A DNA stretch of 64,000 nucleotides from Dehalococcoidia bacterium (GTDB lineage: Bacteria > Chloroflexota > Dehalococcoidia > Lucifugimonadales > JADFKI01), in contig CBDDBQ010000001.1 of NCBI GenBank assembly GCA_965225795.1, positions 9 through 64,008 on the forward strand, given 5' to 3'. Below are positions 30,659 to 39,429 of this stretch, piece by piece; positions within the stretch are counted from its first letter, which is position 1, and every line of letters starts with the position of its first letter. Made by a program: the position numbers and the translations under genes. The notes below the pieces were generated by a model that was not told the DNA's origin, searched no databases, and saw nothing but the letters and a program-made list of their open reading frames with translations.

Positions 30659-33316
30659 ATGCCCAGCAAAAAGCTAGGGGATTTTTTGCTGTCAATTGAG
30701 CCTTCAGGATTCCATCGGGTATCCCTTGCGGTTGTTTTCGGCTTTCTCTTCATTTGTACGCCCATCGACAAGACCTTTGCCGAGGAACAGGCGGCGGACT
30801 CCGCGACGATCGAAGAGGTCATCGTCTTGGGCACCCGTCGCCAAGAAGGTCGATCCGCGACCGACTCTCTCGTGCCGGTCGACTTCATCGGTGGGGACGA
30901 GCTTGGCAGTCAGGGTCCAACGGACATGAATTCTTTGCTCTCAGCGCTGGTGCCTTCCTATAACGTTGACCAGCAGCCCATCAACGATGCCGCGACCTTG
31001 GTCCGGCCAGCCAAGCTTCGCGGGCTGCCTCCAGATTCAACGCTTGTCTTGGTCAACCGAAAGCGGCGTCATCGGGCCGCCGTAATCACTTTCCTTGGTA
31101 ACGGAGTGGCGGACGGTTCGCAAGGTCCTGATCTGTCAGCCATCCCGGCAATTGCGATTAAGCACGTCGAAGTGCTGCGCGACGGGGCGGCGGCACAGTA
31201 TGGCTCTGATGCCATTGCGGGAGTGATCAACTTTACGCTCAAGGATTCCGCCGAGGGAGGTACGGTGGAGGCCAGGTTTGGCAGCCATTACGAGGGCGAC
31301 GGTGATGCCATGACCGTCGCGGCGAATTTCGGCTTACCCCTCACGGATTCCGGATTTGCGAACGTCAGTTTTGAATATAAGCAGTCCGACCCAACCAGTC
31401 GCTCGCAACAGCGTTCCGATGCCCAGGCGCTGGTAGATGCTGGCAACCGGCATATCCCCGATTCCAGCTATCCGCATGTGTTTCATCCCAACGTCATGGT
31501 TTGGGGTGCGCCCGAGTTCCTTTACGATTACAAGGTGTTTGCGAATCTCGGCCTGGAGCTCGGAAACGGGCGCGAGGCCTATGCTTTCGGCAACTACGCC
31601 ACGCGCAAGGTTGAGGGAGGCTTCTATTTTCGTAATCCGCACACACGCACCGGTGTGTTTGCTGGCCCGGAAGTCACCGTTGATGGAGTTACCTACGACT
31701 CTGTCAAGGTGGCGGATCTCTCGCCCGGCGGCATACATGATGACGATGTCTGCCCTGCCATCAGGATCATGAACAATGTAGCCAATCCCCAGGATATAGC
31801 TGCGGTTGAGGCAAACCCAAACTGCTTTTCCCTTATTTCGGCATTTCCCGGCGGCTTCGTTCCGAGGTTCGGCGGCACCATGACCGACTTTTCCATGGCT
31901 TTTGGAGTGCGCGGAGAACTGGTTGACGGCTGGGAATTCGATGCCAGCAGTGTGTTCGGCGTGAACGATGTCGACTTCTTCATGCGTCATACGATCAACC
32001 CACAGCTCTTGGCCAAGTTGCCGGACGGCCAAAGAACGGAAATTCCGATCAACTATTTCCCAGGCTCCTATACGGAAACCGACTACACGCTCAACTTCGA
32101 TGTCGCCAAGCCCATTTTGATTGGTGGGCTCGATGCGCACGTGGCCTTTGGCGTCGAACATCGGCGAGAAAAATTCAAGGTTGAGAGCGGCGAGGAGAAC
32201 TCCTGGTTCATTGATGATCGTCCCGGTGGCCTCGCGGAGCAAGGGTTTGGGATTGGATCGAATGGGTTTACCGGTTTCGGCCCGCGGCTTGCCGGAGAGT
32301 TCGACCGGGATAGCTACGCCGCCTACGCGGACATTGAAATCGATGTGAACGAGAACTTCACTATTGAAGTGGCTGGACGTTATGAAGACCATGAAGATGT
32401 CGGCAATACCTTTGATGGCAAGTTCGCGGCGCGACTCGATGTCAATGATTTTGTCTCGATTCGTGGCGCGGCGAGCACTGGTTTCCGCGCCCCGACCGTT
32501 GGCCAAGCGAACATCTTGAACGTGACCACTGCATTCACCGGCGGAATGCTCGCCGATGAGGCCACGCTGCCGCCAACCCACCCAGCGGCCGCTATTGTCG
32601 GTGCCAAGCCCCTGACCCCGGAAGAGGCTGTAAACCTCACCATAGGCACTGTGATTGAGCTCGATGCCGTGGACATCACGATTGACTATTTCAATATTCA
32701 GGTCGAAGACCGCATTGCCAGGAGTTCAAATAGGGACCTGACGCCCGCGGACATACAGCAACTGCTGGCGCAGGGCGTGGCTGATGCCCAATCCTTTTCG
32801 GCGGTGAGGTTCTACACAAATGACTTTTCGACGACTACACAAGGCATCGACGTGGTGGCCACCTATCCCCTGGACATGGGTGTCGGTTCGACCAACTTGA
32901 GCCTCGCGTTCAACTGGACAGAAACCACCGTGGATGATCGTAATCCGGATGTCATTAACGACAAGCGCGTGGTTCAACTGGAAGAAAACCTGCCGGCGAC
33001 ACGCTTCACGGTCTCCTTCAATCACGAGCAGGGCCCTTGGAGCGTCTCGGCCCGCCTGCGCTACTACGACGAATTCGTCGAGTTTTCGACTGACGATGCA
33101 ACGGCACGGCACGATGCGGAGGCGAGATTCATTGTCGATTCCGAGGTTGCCTATAACTTCAATGATTCCCTGCGGCTGATTGTTGGAGCGGAGAATCTGC
33201 TGGATGAGTATCCCTCCGAGCTTGAGCAAAACGTTTCTGGTCTCGTTTACGCGGAAACCTCTCCTTTTGGATTCAACGGTGGCTTCTACTACCTGAGAGC
33301 CATTTGGGATAGGTGA
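30659..33316 (+). CDS. TonB-dependent receptor (paralog 2)
   Basis: The plug (LRGLPPDSTLVLVNRKRR, VEVLRDGAAAQYGSDAIAGVINF) and barrel are colinear with the 27189..29738 protein. Confidence 0.92.
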   Translation: MPSKKLGDFLLSIEPSGFHRVSLAVVFGFLFICTPIDKTFAEEQAADSATIEEVIVLGTRRQEGRSATDSLVPVDFIGGDELGSQGPTDMNSLLSALVPSYNVDQQPINDAATLVRPAKLRGLPPDSTLVLVNRKRRHRAAVITFLGNGVADGSQGPDLSAIPAIAIKHVEVLRDGAAAQYGSDAIAGVINFTLKDSAEGGTVEARFGSHYEGDGDAMTVAANFGLPLTDSGFANVSFEYKQSDPTSRSQQRSDAQALVDAGNRHIPDSSYPHVFHPNVMVWGAPEFLYDYKVFANLGLELGNGREAYAFGNYATRKVEGGFYFRNPHTRTGVFAGPEVTVDGVTYDSVKVADLSPGGIHDDDVCPAIRIMNNVANPQDIAAVEANPNCFSLISAFPGGFVPRFGGTMTDFSMAFGVRGELVDGWEFDASSVFGVNDVDFFMRHTINPQLLAKLPDGQRTEIPINYFPGSYTETDYTLNFDVAKPILIGGLDAHVAFGVEHRREKFKVESGEENSWFIDDRPGGLAEQGFGIGSNGFTGFGPRLAGEFDRDSYAAYADIEIDVNENFTIEVAGRYEDHEDVGNTFDGKFAARLDVNDFVSIRGAASTGFRAPTVGQANILNVTTAFTGGMLADEATLPPTHPAAAIVGAKPLTPEEAVNLTIGTVIELDAVDITIDYFNIQVEDRIARSSNRDLTPADIQQLLAQGVADAQSFSAVRFYTNDFSTTTQGIDVVATYPLDMGVGSTNLSLAFNWTETTVDDRNPDVINDKRVVQLEENLPATRFTVSFNHEQGPWSVSARLRYYDEFVEFSTDDATARHDAEARFIVDSEVAYNFNDSLRLIVGAENLLDEYPSELEQNVSGLVYAETSPFGFNGGFYYLRAIWDR

Positions 33317-33377
33317 TCTGATCCTCGGCTGAATGCCGGGGCGCGGACGCGCTATCCCAACGCGCTAAGGAGAAATT

Positions 33378-33404
33378 GTAGGGGCGAAGCATGCTTCGCC
33401 CCTC
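33378..33404 (+). repeat. REP element between convergent genes (possible bidirectional terminator)
   Basis: GTAGGGGCGAAGCATGCTTCGCCCCTC followed by TTTTTG. Confidence 0.7.
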
Positions 33405-33450
33405 TTTTTGTTGCCGGGATTTTCGACGGCGGGTGCCGCATGCGGCACCT

Positions 33451-34134
33451 CTACACGCCCATGAGCGACCGCCACATATCCGGGTCTTCGATACGCAGAT
33501 GCAGGTTGTGTTGCTTTGCGAAGCCGAGTGTTGCGCTCGGCTCGGGCGAGTAGTGATGGCCTGGCAGAAGTAGCGTGTCATCGGGCAGTTCCGAGAGCCG
33601 CCGCAAGCTTCTGAACATGTCGTCCGGATCGGACCCTGGAAGGTCAACACGTCCGCAACCGTGAATGAATAGGGTGTCTCCCGCGAGGAGCGTGTTCTTG
33701 ATGCGAAAGCATTGAGAGCCAGGTGTGTGGCCGGGAGTGTGCAGGAACTCGATTTCCAGGTCGCCGAGCTTAAGGGTGTCGTTTGAGTCCACGCGCAGCA
33801 TGTCGGACTCCGAAATGCCTGTTACTTTCTTCAAACCATCGGCTTCATGGCGGTTGCAATAGATGCGGCAAGGCCGCTGGGCGAGCAGCTCGGCGATGCC
33901 TTCTATCTTGTTGGAAGCAAAACTTCCGCCGCAGTGGTCGGGATGGTAATGAGTAACAAGCGATCCCTTGAGCGTGAGATCTCGTTCATCGAGGCGCTCA
34001 AGCAAGCCGTGGATGTCCCAGGCGGGATCAACAAGTACGGCTTCGCCGGTTGGGCGCCAGCCCACCAGATAGGCAAAATTCTGCATGGGTCCCACGGGAA
34101 TCTGTTCGAGGATGAGGTCCTTTTCTTGGCTCAT
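33451..34134 (-). CDS. MBL-fold metallo-hydrolase (glyoxalase II-like)
   Basis: HxHxDH motif (THYHPDHCGG), later HTPGHTPG and LLPGHHY. The start is either 34134 or 34158. Confidence 0.85.
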   Translation of the reverse strand: MSQEKDLILEQIPVGPMQNFAYLVGWRPTGEAVLVDPAWDIHGLLERLDERDLTLKGSLVTHYHPDHCGGSFASNKIEGIAELLAQRPCRIYCNRHEADGLKKVTGISESDMLRVDSNDTLKLGDLEIEFLHTPGHTPGSQCFRIKNTLLAGDTLFIHGCGRVDLPGSDPDDMFRSLRRLSELPDDTLLLPGHHYSPEPSATLGFAKQHNLHLRIEDPDMWRSLMGV

Positions 34135-34230
34135 GGCGGTTTCTCTTGCGACACGCATAAGTGTCGCACAGCTCGGCGCGGCGTTCCGCTGTGCCTCTAT
34201 AATCCGACTAACCTTCTAGTTGATTCGATC

Positions 34231-34710
34231 ATGTACTACGCCCAAATGCCATCCCCGGTTGGCGCGCTCATATTCCATGGACCAGACAAACACTGCGTTG
34301 AGGCAATCTCCTTCGCAAGCGGCAGGGATGCAATCGAAGTTCCCGCGGATGCCAATCTCGAAGAGGATAATTTTGTCGAGGCGCGAAGACAAATTGCTGA
34401 GTACTTCGACGGGACGCGCACGACCTTTGACTTTCCCATGCGACTCGTCAGCAATGGATTCCGTCGTCGGATTCTTGAGTGCCTGCAAGAGATTCCTTTC
34501 GGAAAGACCATTTCCTACAAGGCGCTCGGCGCAGCGATTGGGAAAGCCAATGCCGCCCGCGCCGTTGGTGGTGCTGTGGGCAGCAATCCCCTGCCGATCG
34601 TCATTCCCTGTCACCGGGTGTTGGCCTCGAATGGCGGAATCGGTGGCTTTGGTGGCGGACTCGAAGCCAAGCGCACCCTGCTTCGGATCGAAGGCGTGGA
34701 TATCGGGTAG
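34231..34710 (+). CDS. ogt: Methylated-DNA--protein-cysteine methyltransferase
   Basis: Active-site IVIPCHRV, preceded by FGKTISYKALGAAIGKANAARAVGGAVGSNPLP. Start at the ATG at 34231; the upstream part of the tracked ORF is antisense to the MBL gene. Confidence 0.9.
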   Translation: MYYAQMPSPVGALIFHGPDKHCVEAISFASGRDAIEVPADANLEEDNFVEARRQIAEYFDGTRTTFDFPMRLVSNGFRRRILECLQEIPFGKTISYKALGAAIGKANAARAVGGAVGSNPLPIVIPCHRVLASNGGIGGFGGGLEAKRTLLRIEGVDIG

Positions 34711-34726
34711 GGGCGAGGCCCAGCTT

Positions 34727-34783
34727 CTAGCCCGGATATTTCACCAGTACGCTTTCAATCGCATGTAGCTTGTTGATTGTCAT
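34727..34783 (-). CDS. Possible 18-codon small ORF (MTINKLHAIESVLVKYPG) inside the MITE-like element
   Basis: The ATG at 34783 is preceded by GGGAGG with a 7-nt spacer. The stop TAG lies in the terminal CTAG. No homology can be claimed. Confidence 0.2.
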   Translation of the reverse strand: MTINKLHAIESVLVKYPG

Positions 34784-35053
34784 GAAGATACCTCCCGTGT
34801 CCAAAGTTGCAGTTTGCACCACTGTCCGCTTTGCGGATTCTGGCCGGATATTTTGGCCCAGATTCGCACATGCTCCCTCAGACGTAGGGGTATCTACGGC
34901 TTCGGTCGCGAGCACGAATCTGAACCAAAATCTCTCGGCCATAACTCCGCAAACTGGTGCACATGCCCGCAGGACAGCGGGCATGCGCGCCCCGCGCCCG
35001 AAGGGCGGGGGCCAGGATGGCCCTCGTGAAATATCCGGGCTAGCAGGAGCGAA
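34727..35053. mobile_element. CTAG-bounded 327-bp element with perfect 18-bp terminal inverted repeats (MITE-like)
   Basis: CTAGCCCGGATATTTCAC at 34727..34744 and its exact reverse complement at 35036..35053. A third partial copy, GCCGGATATTTTGGCC, lies inside. Confidence 0.55.
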
Positions 35054-35313
35054 GAAGCCACGTGCCGACGAAGGCGGCACGCCCGAAGGGCGAGGGTGAG
35101 AGCTGGTCATGCGAAGCATGAGGCGAAGCACTGCTTCGCCAAGCTCGAACGACCCGCCACGGATGGCGGGGCTGGGGGTCGTGCGAGGAAGACCACATCG
35201 GCAGGATGCCTCCGACGCGCGCGTATCGAAGCAACGCGAACGACCATGAGGATGGCCCGAGTTTACCTCGCCCGCGCCCGCCCGCAAGCGTCCGTGTCGC
35301 GATGGTGGGCGAC

Positions 35314-35337
35314 GGGCTCCGCGTGCAGAGCCCCTAC
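35314..35337 (-). repeat. REP element overlapping the aroA stop
   Basis: GGGCTCCGCGTGCAGAGCCCCTAC. Confidence 0.6.
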
Positions 35338-36605
35338 GCGCGCAGCAATCCGGTAAACCTTTCGAAGTAATCCGGAAAGGTTTTTGCCACCACATCTGGG
35401 TGCGCGATCTCCACCTGCGCTCCGAAGCATGCCAAGGAAAAGCACATGGCCATGCGGTGATCTCCATAGGTCTCGATGTGCGCGGGCTGCAGCCTTGCGG
35501 GCGGCCGGACTTCAATTGCGTCGTCACTGACCGACACCTCAGCACCGAGCTTGGCAAGCTCGGTGCGCATTGCCTCGAGCCTGTCCGTTTCCTTAATGCG
35601 CCAGTTCGCGATGCCTCGAATGCGGGTGGGGCCGTCGGCAAAGAGAGCCGCAACGGCGAGCGTCATTGCGGCATCCGGCATGTGGTTGAGATTCACGTCG
35701 ATTCCACGAAGCGGCGCTCGAGAGACCATCGTAGCGTGTCCTTGGGAAGTGATTCGAGCACCCATCCGCTGCATGACCTCGGCGAAGCCGGCGTCTCCCT
35801 GGAGGCTCTGTCTGGAAAGGTTCGAGATGCGCAGCCCATCCCCGGCAATTGCGCCCGCTGCGAGAAAGTAGCTCGCGCTACTCGCATCCGCCTCGATTTC
35901 GTATTCCCCTGGGGAAACGTATGCGCCGGGTTGGATTTCATAGCGCTTGTAGCCGTCGCGCCGCACCTCGACGCCAAAGTCCCTCATGAGGCGGACGGTC
36001 ATGTCGACATAGGGTTTGGAAACTTGATCGCCCGGAACTTCAATGACCACTCGGTCACTTGCTAGCGGTGCCGTGATCATTAGAGAACTCAGGTATTGGC
36101 TGCTCAAGTCGCCCGGGAGCCTGACCCTGCCACCTTTAAGACCTGTCGCAACCACATCAAGTGGTGGGTAACCTTCAGCGCCCAAGTAATGGATGTTTGC
36201 TCCGAGCCCAACAAGCGCATCCACCAAGGGCGCAATTGGGCGTTCGCGCATACGTTGCGTTCCGTCCAACACATAGTGACCTTGCCCAGTGGTCAATGCC
36301 GCCGCAAGGGGGCGAAAGGCCGTTCCCGCCAGTCCAAGATCCAGAGTCAAGTCTGCGTCCGCTGTTCCGAGGGCGCCTTGCCGCCCGGTCACACTGGTGA
36401 TTTCTCCTTGCACATCTATCTCAACACCGAGCCTATTCAGCGCCTCGCGCATCAAGGCCGTGTCCTCACTCTTGAGCGCACCACGAATCCTGGTCCTGCC
36501 ACGACACAGCGCCGCCAACAGCAGTGCGCGATTCGTGAGGCTCTTGGAGCCAGGAATACGCACTTCTCCGGCAATGCTCGAGTATTGCGACAAGTGAAGC
36601 GACAT
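35334..36605 (-). CDS. aroA: 3-phosphoshikimate 1-carboxyvinyltransferase (EPSP synthase)
   Basis: GEVRIPGSKSLTNRALLLAAL, LGNAGTA-like GLAGTAFRPL and DHRMAMCFSL. Start at the ATG at 36605. Confidence 0.92.
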   Translation of the reverse strand: MSLHLSQYSSIAGEVRIPGSKSLTNRALLLAALCRGRTRIRGALKSEDTALMREALNRLGVEIDVQGEITSVTGRQGALGTADADLTLDLGLAGTAFRPLAAALTTGQGHYVLDGTQRMRERPIAPLVDALVGLGANIHYLGAEGYPPLDVVATGLKGGRVRLPGDLSSQYLSSLMITAPLASDRVVIEVPGDQVSKPYVDMTVRLMRDFGVEVRRDGYKRYEIQPGAYVSPGEYEIEADASSASYFLAAGAIAGDGLRISNLSRQSLQGDAGFAEVMQRMGARITSQGHATMVSRAPLRGIDVNLNHMPDAAMTLAVAALFADGPTRIRGIANWRIKETDRLEAMRTELAKLGAEVSVSDDAIEVRPPARLQPAHIETYGDHRMAMCFSLACFGAQVEIAHPDVVAKTFPDYFERFTGLLRA

Positions 36606-36644
36606 GGTGCTCGGATTATGCGCTGTTTTGACCTTGTAATTATC

Positions 36645-36764
36645 GTAGGGGCGACGCACGCGTCGCTCGCATGGTTGGTTTCTGGCTATACCGACCGCGG
36701 GCGAGGCATGGCCTCGCCCCTACACCGTCCCTGTGGTTTGGAGGGGCCAGGCCATGCCTGGCCC
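36645..36764. repeat. Cluster of three REP elements
   Basis: GTAGGGGCGACGCACGCGTCGCTC (36645), GGGCGAGGCATGGCCTCGCCCCTAC (36698) and GGGGCCAGGCCATGCCTGGCCCG (36742). Confidence 0.7.
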
Positions 36765-36997
36765 GGCGTCAGTCACGCCGATGCCGTCGTAATGCGGATC
36801 GACCGTGATTCGATTGGATAGTGCCCTCCGGGCGGGCCGCGCGGGGATTCGGCCGGCGAGCCCGGCCATTCGTCGAGGAAAGATTCACTTTCGCTCGTGT
36901 CCACAAGAATTGCGAGACAAAGGACAAACGCACCAGCCCCTTTCGGGGCATGAGCATTGGATTTCTTGCGTTCGGATTCCTGGATGGGAAGCCCTGC

Positions 36998-37552
36998 CTA
37001 TGGGGACCGAGGATCCTTTCTCACAGCCGCTAGCCTCAGTTCGGACTGAGTCGGCTGTGCCGCATCAAACCTCTTATTGATATTGCGCTCGATCCATACT
37101 TGCATCGGGGCTCGAAGAAGCGTGGGACGCTCGATCATATTGGCAACCATGCGACGCTCATTGGGGGTCAGGTGCATGGTGATCTTTACAAACGAAGTGT
37201 TGGTTTGTCCATGAACGCGTGCTACGCCCGCGGTCAGTTCGTCGAGCTTGGTAGCGAAGGCCACATGGTTGAATGGTTCGGCCATGAGCAGGTGATGAAG
37301 CTCGCCGCGCACACGACGTAGCTGCGTCATGTCTTGATGCATGGGAGGTATGGACTCGGACAGATCTCTCACCAGCTCGCGCACCCGGTCTTCTGGAAGT
37401 GCCTGCAGCGCAACAGTCTGTGGGTTGACCAAGATCTCGTGGTCATGGCCTCGAGAGACGCGACCTATTAAAAACCCCACCGCCGCGAGATTGAGGCACA
37501 GGGAAAGGGCAAGCGTGGTTGCCAGCCATTTTTGGGATAGGTTAATCGGCAT
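36998..37552 (-). CDS. Periplasmic heavy-metal-sensor / Spy-CpxP-like protein
   Basis: N-terminal membrane anchor and a helical body with an LTPNERR-type motif. Position downstream of the ECF sigma / anti-sigma pair is typical of the Metal_resist family. Confidence 0.6.
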   Translation of the reverse strand: MPINLSQKWLATTLALSLCLNLAAVGFLIGRVSRGHDHEILVNPQTVALQALPEDRVRELVRDLSESIPPMHQDMTQLRRVRGELHHLLMAEPFNHVAFATKLDELTAGVARVHGQTNTSFVKITMHLTPNERRMVANMIERPTLLRAPMQVWIERNINKRFDAAQPTQSELRLAAVRKDPRSP

Positions 37553-37895
37553 TGGCGCTGTCCTCCTCGGTGGCGTAATACTCGATCAGGCCGTGCGCGG
37601 CATCGAGGGAGGTGAGCAATTCGACAGAGCGCTCGGCCTTTACCAGCAGGGGGCTGTCGTCGAGATAGTCGCTCTGGCCAAATGCGAGGCCCGTGGCAAA
37701 AGGCAGGAGCACGGCGAGAACAGGCCGCCACAAGGGCCGCAGCAACCAATCCAGGATGTTGCTGCTGTCACTGATGCGATCAAGGACTGCTTTACGAATT
37801 CGTTGCTCAGCACGCGCGTCCAACTTGACGTGCTGAGCACTTTGCAATCGCTCTATAATTGCTAGGTCATCTGGGTTCTCAGAGTCTGTTTTCAT
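37542..37895 (-). CDS. Putative membrane anti-sigma factor
   Basis: The ATG at 37895 is preceded by GGAGGG. One TM segment (WRPVLAVLLPFATGLAF). It overlaps both the ECF sigma stop and the downstream gene start. Function is inferred from position. Confidence 0.5.
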   Translation of the reverse strand: MKTDSENPDDLAIIERLQSAQHVKLDARAEQRIRKAVLDRISDSSNILDWLLRPLWRPVLAVLLPFATGLAFGQSDYLDDSPLLVKAERSVELLTSLDAAHGLIEYYATEEDSANAD

Positions 37896-38553
37896 TTTGG
37901 TTCCCTCCAGTTTCAAGCTCGGCAACCTGTGTCTTCAGTGCGCGCCTGGCCCGAGCCAGCAGGGATACCAAGGCATCCAGTGAGATGCCGAGTACCGCTG
38001 CCGCGTCTCGATTAGAAAAGCCCTTGTTGTAACAAAGCAGCAGGGCGGTACGCTGGCGTTCAGGCAGATTCCCGAGGGAAGCCTCAAGAATTTGCCGACG
38101 CTCCCGCTCCTCTAGGCTACTTTCCGGTGTGGTTTGGTCGGGAAGTGTCTCCATTGCCCGCTCTACGGGTTCAAATTCACTGACAAGCGTCCATCTGCGT
38201 CGCCGAAAGGAGTCAATGGCCGCGTTTCGGGTGAGTGTGTGCAGCCAGGTCGTTACCTTGACCTGGCCGGACCTATAGGTGTGTGCCTTGGTCCAGCAGC
38301 GAACGAAGGTTTCCTGAGTCAAGTCCTCGGCGTCCGCAGGGTTGCGCGTGAGACCCAAGGCAAAGGCATAGATGGCGCGCATGTGTCTTGACATGAGCGT
38401 GTCGAGAGCGCGCTTGTCGCCAGACCGGATGGACTCCATCAGGGCTTCGTCGAGCGGCTCACTGTGTTCATTGGCCTGCGCCATCCAGTCGAGTCGAACT
38501 GCTTCTATGCTAGCGAGTGCCATTTTCGCGGAATATCCGTACGAGATGTTCAT
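37879..38553 (-). CDS. ECF-type RNA polymerase sigma factor
   Basis: Region 2 (ADAEDLTQETFVRCW...WLHTLTRNAAIDSFRRRR) and region 4 (LPERQRTALLLCYNKGFSNRDAAAVLGISLDALVSLLARAR). The true start may be an internal ATG (38523 or 38484). Confidence 0.88.
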   Translation of the reverse strand: MNISYGYSAKMALASIEAVRLDWMAQANEHSEPLDEALMESIRSGDKRALDTLMSRHMRAIYAFALGLTRNPADAEDLTQETFVRCWTKAHTYRSGQVKVTTWLHTLTRNAAIDSFRRRRWTLVSEFEPVERAMETLPDQTTPESSLEERERRQILEASLGNLPERQRTALLLCYNKGFSNRDAAAVLGISLDALVSLLARARRALKTQVAELETGGNQNENRL

Positions 38554-39355
38554 TTTGGGTCATTCCATCCTTGCCGAGCATGCGCATGACTTCATTGAGT
38601 TCCCTATCTGAGACGGCCCCGTCACCGTCACTATCGAGGGCCTCAAGTCTCTTGAGGCGTCGGTCTATGTCTTCGTCGTTGAGCACGCCATCCGCGTTTT
38701 CGTCGAGCGAATCAAAGCGCTTGTTGACGCCTTCCTCGCGCACTCGATCGCGTGCTCCGGCAACCTCGTCACGATCCAAGACATCGTCGCCATTGGCATC
38801 GGCGATATCAAACCATCGAGATGGGTCCTTCTCTTTGTCCACCACCTCTCGCCGCATTCTGATCATCTGCGCAAGGGCAGGCATTCGCATATCAATATTC
38901 AGATCTAGGGACTCATGCGCTTTTTCGAGATTCATTCTCTCAAGTGCTTCTCCCACGATTTCCTCGACCTCTACTTCGACATCCATATCAGACCCATCGG
39001 ACCCGCCTTTCCTGGCTAGCCGGCTCACAACGACCCTGGGACTCGTCATTCCGACCATGTGATCTTTCCCTGCTCCGCCTTGGAACCGCCCCATGAGTCG
39101 ATCCGGCCTCCGGGCAATGTCCTCGGGTCGTTTCGCTTTGGAGTGCGAGGAGAATTCTTCCCGCGAGACGCTTTCGTCTTCGTCTTCGTCCATTTTCTGC
39201 AGGCGCTTTTGCTCGCGCGCACGCACCTTCTCGATCTCGACGGGGGATTCGACGGCTGTACGCAACGTGTTCACCAATGGCTCTGATGGAAAAGCCGTTG
39301 CCATGGCAAAGAGTGCGGTGGAGGCAGCACCCGCATATATATAGGCTCGTTTCAT
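38510..39355 (-). CDS. Secreted EF-hand calcium-binding protein
   Basis: Signal peptide, an acidic low-complexity centre, and three DxDxDG-type loops (DANGDDVLDRDE, DENADGVLNDED, DSDGDGAVSDRE). Confidence 0.75.
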   Translation of the reverse strand: MKRAYIYAGAASTALFAMATAFPSEPLVNTLRTAVESPVEIEKVRAREQKRLQKMDEDEDESVSREEFSSHSKAKRPEDIARRPDRLMGRFQGGAGKDHMVGMTSPRVVVSRLARKGGSDGSDMDVEVEVEEIVGEALERMNLEKAHESLDLNIDMRMPALAQMIRMRREVVDKEKDPSRWFDIADANGDDVLDRDEVAGARDRVREEGVNKRFDSLDENADGVLNDEDIDRRLKRLEALDSDGDGAVSDRELNEVMRMLGKDGMTQNEHLVRIFRENGTR

Positions 39356-39429
39356 GGTGATCTGCTCCTTCTTGAGTGTTCGGACATATCGCCTTGTACG
39401 CAGGAGATGATGATTTTAGTCGTGTTTTC

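Noticed and set aside
31334-32581. 415-aa ORF antisense to TonB-dependent receptor 2 (similarly 28401..29111 in receptor 1, 9743..10636 in fdsA, 53764..54780 in GH20, 58144..59157 across the kinase and AlkD genes, 12853..13647 in fdsB, 51071..51790 in the oxidoreductase)
   Set aside because: All lie entirely within strongly supported genes on the opposite strand and lack motifs, so they are treated as shadow ORFs.
35036-35060. GAAATATCCGGGCTAGCA resembling the RNase P RNA P4 motif GGAAAGTCCGGGCTCC
   Set aside because: No other RNase P conserved regions are nearby (for example ACAGAACCCGGCTTA, or P1/P2 pairing). The sequence is explained as a terminal inverted repeat.
34727-35653. 308-aa minus-strand ORF spanning the ogt-aroA intergenic region and the aroA 3' end
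   Set aside because: The translation is Arg/Pro/Ser-rich and runs through REP palindromes and the MITE-like element. It overlaps aroA out of frame. Only its last 18 codons, which have their own RBS, were kept as a low-confidence small ORF.
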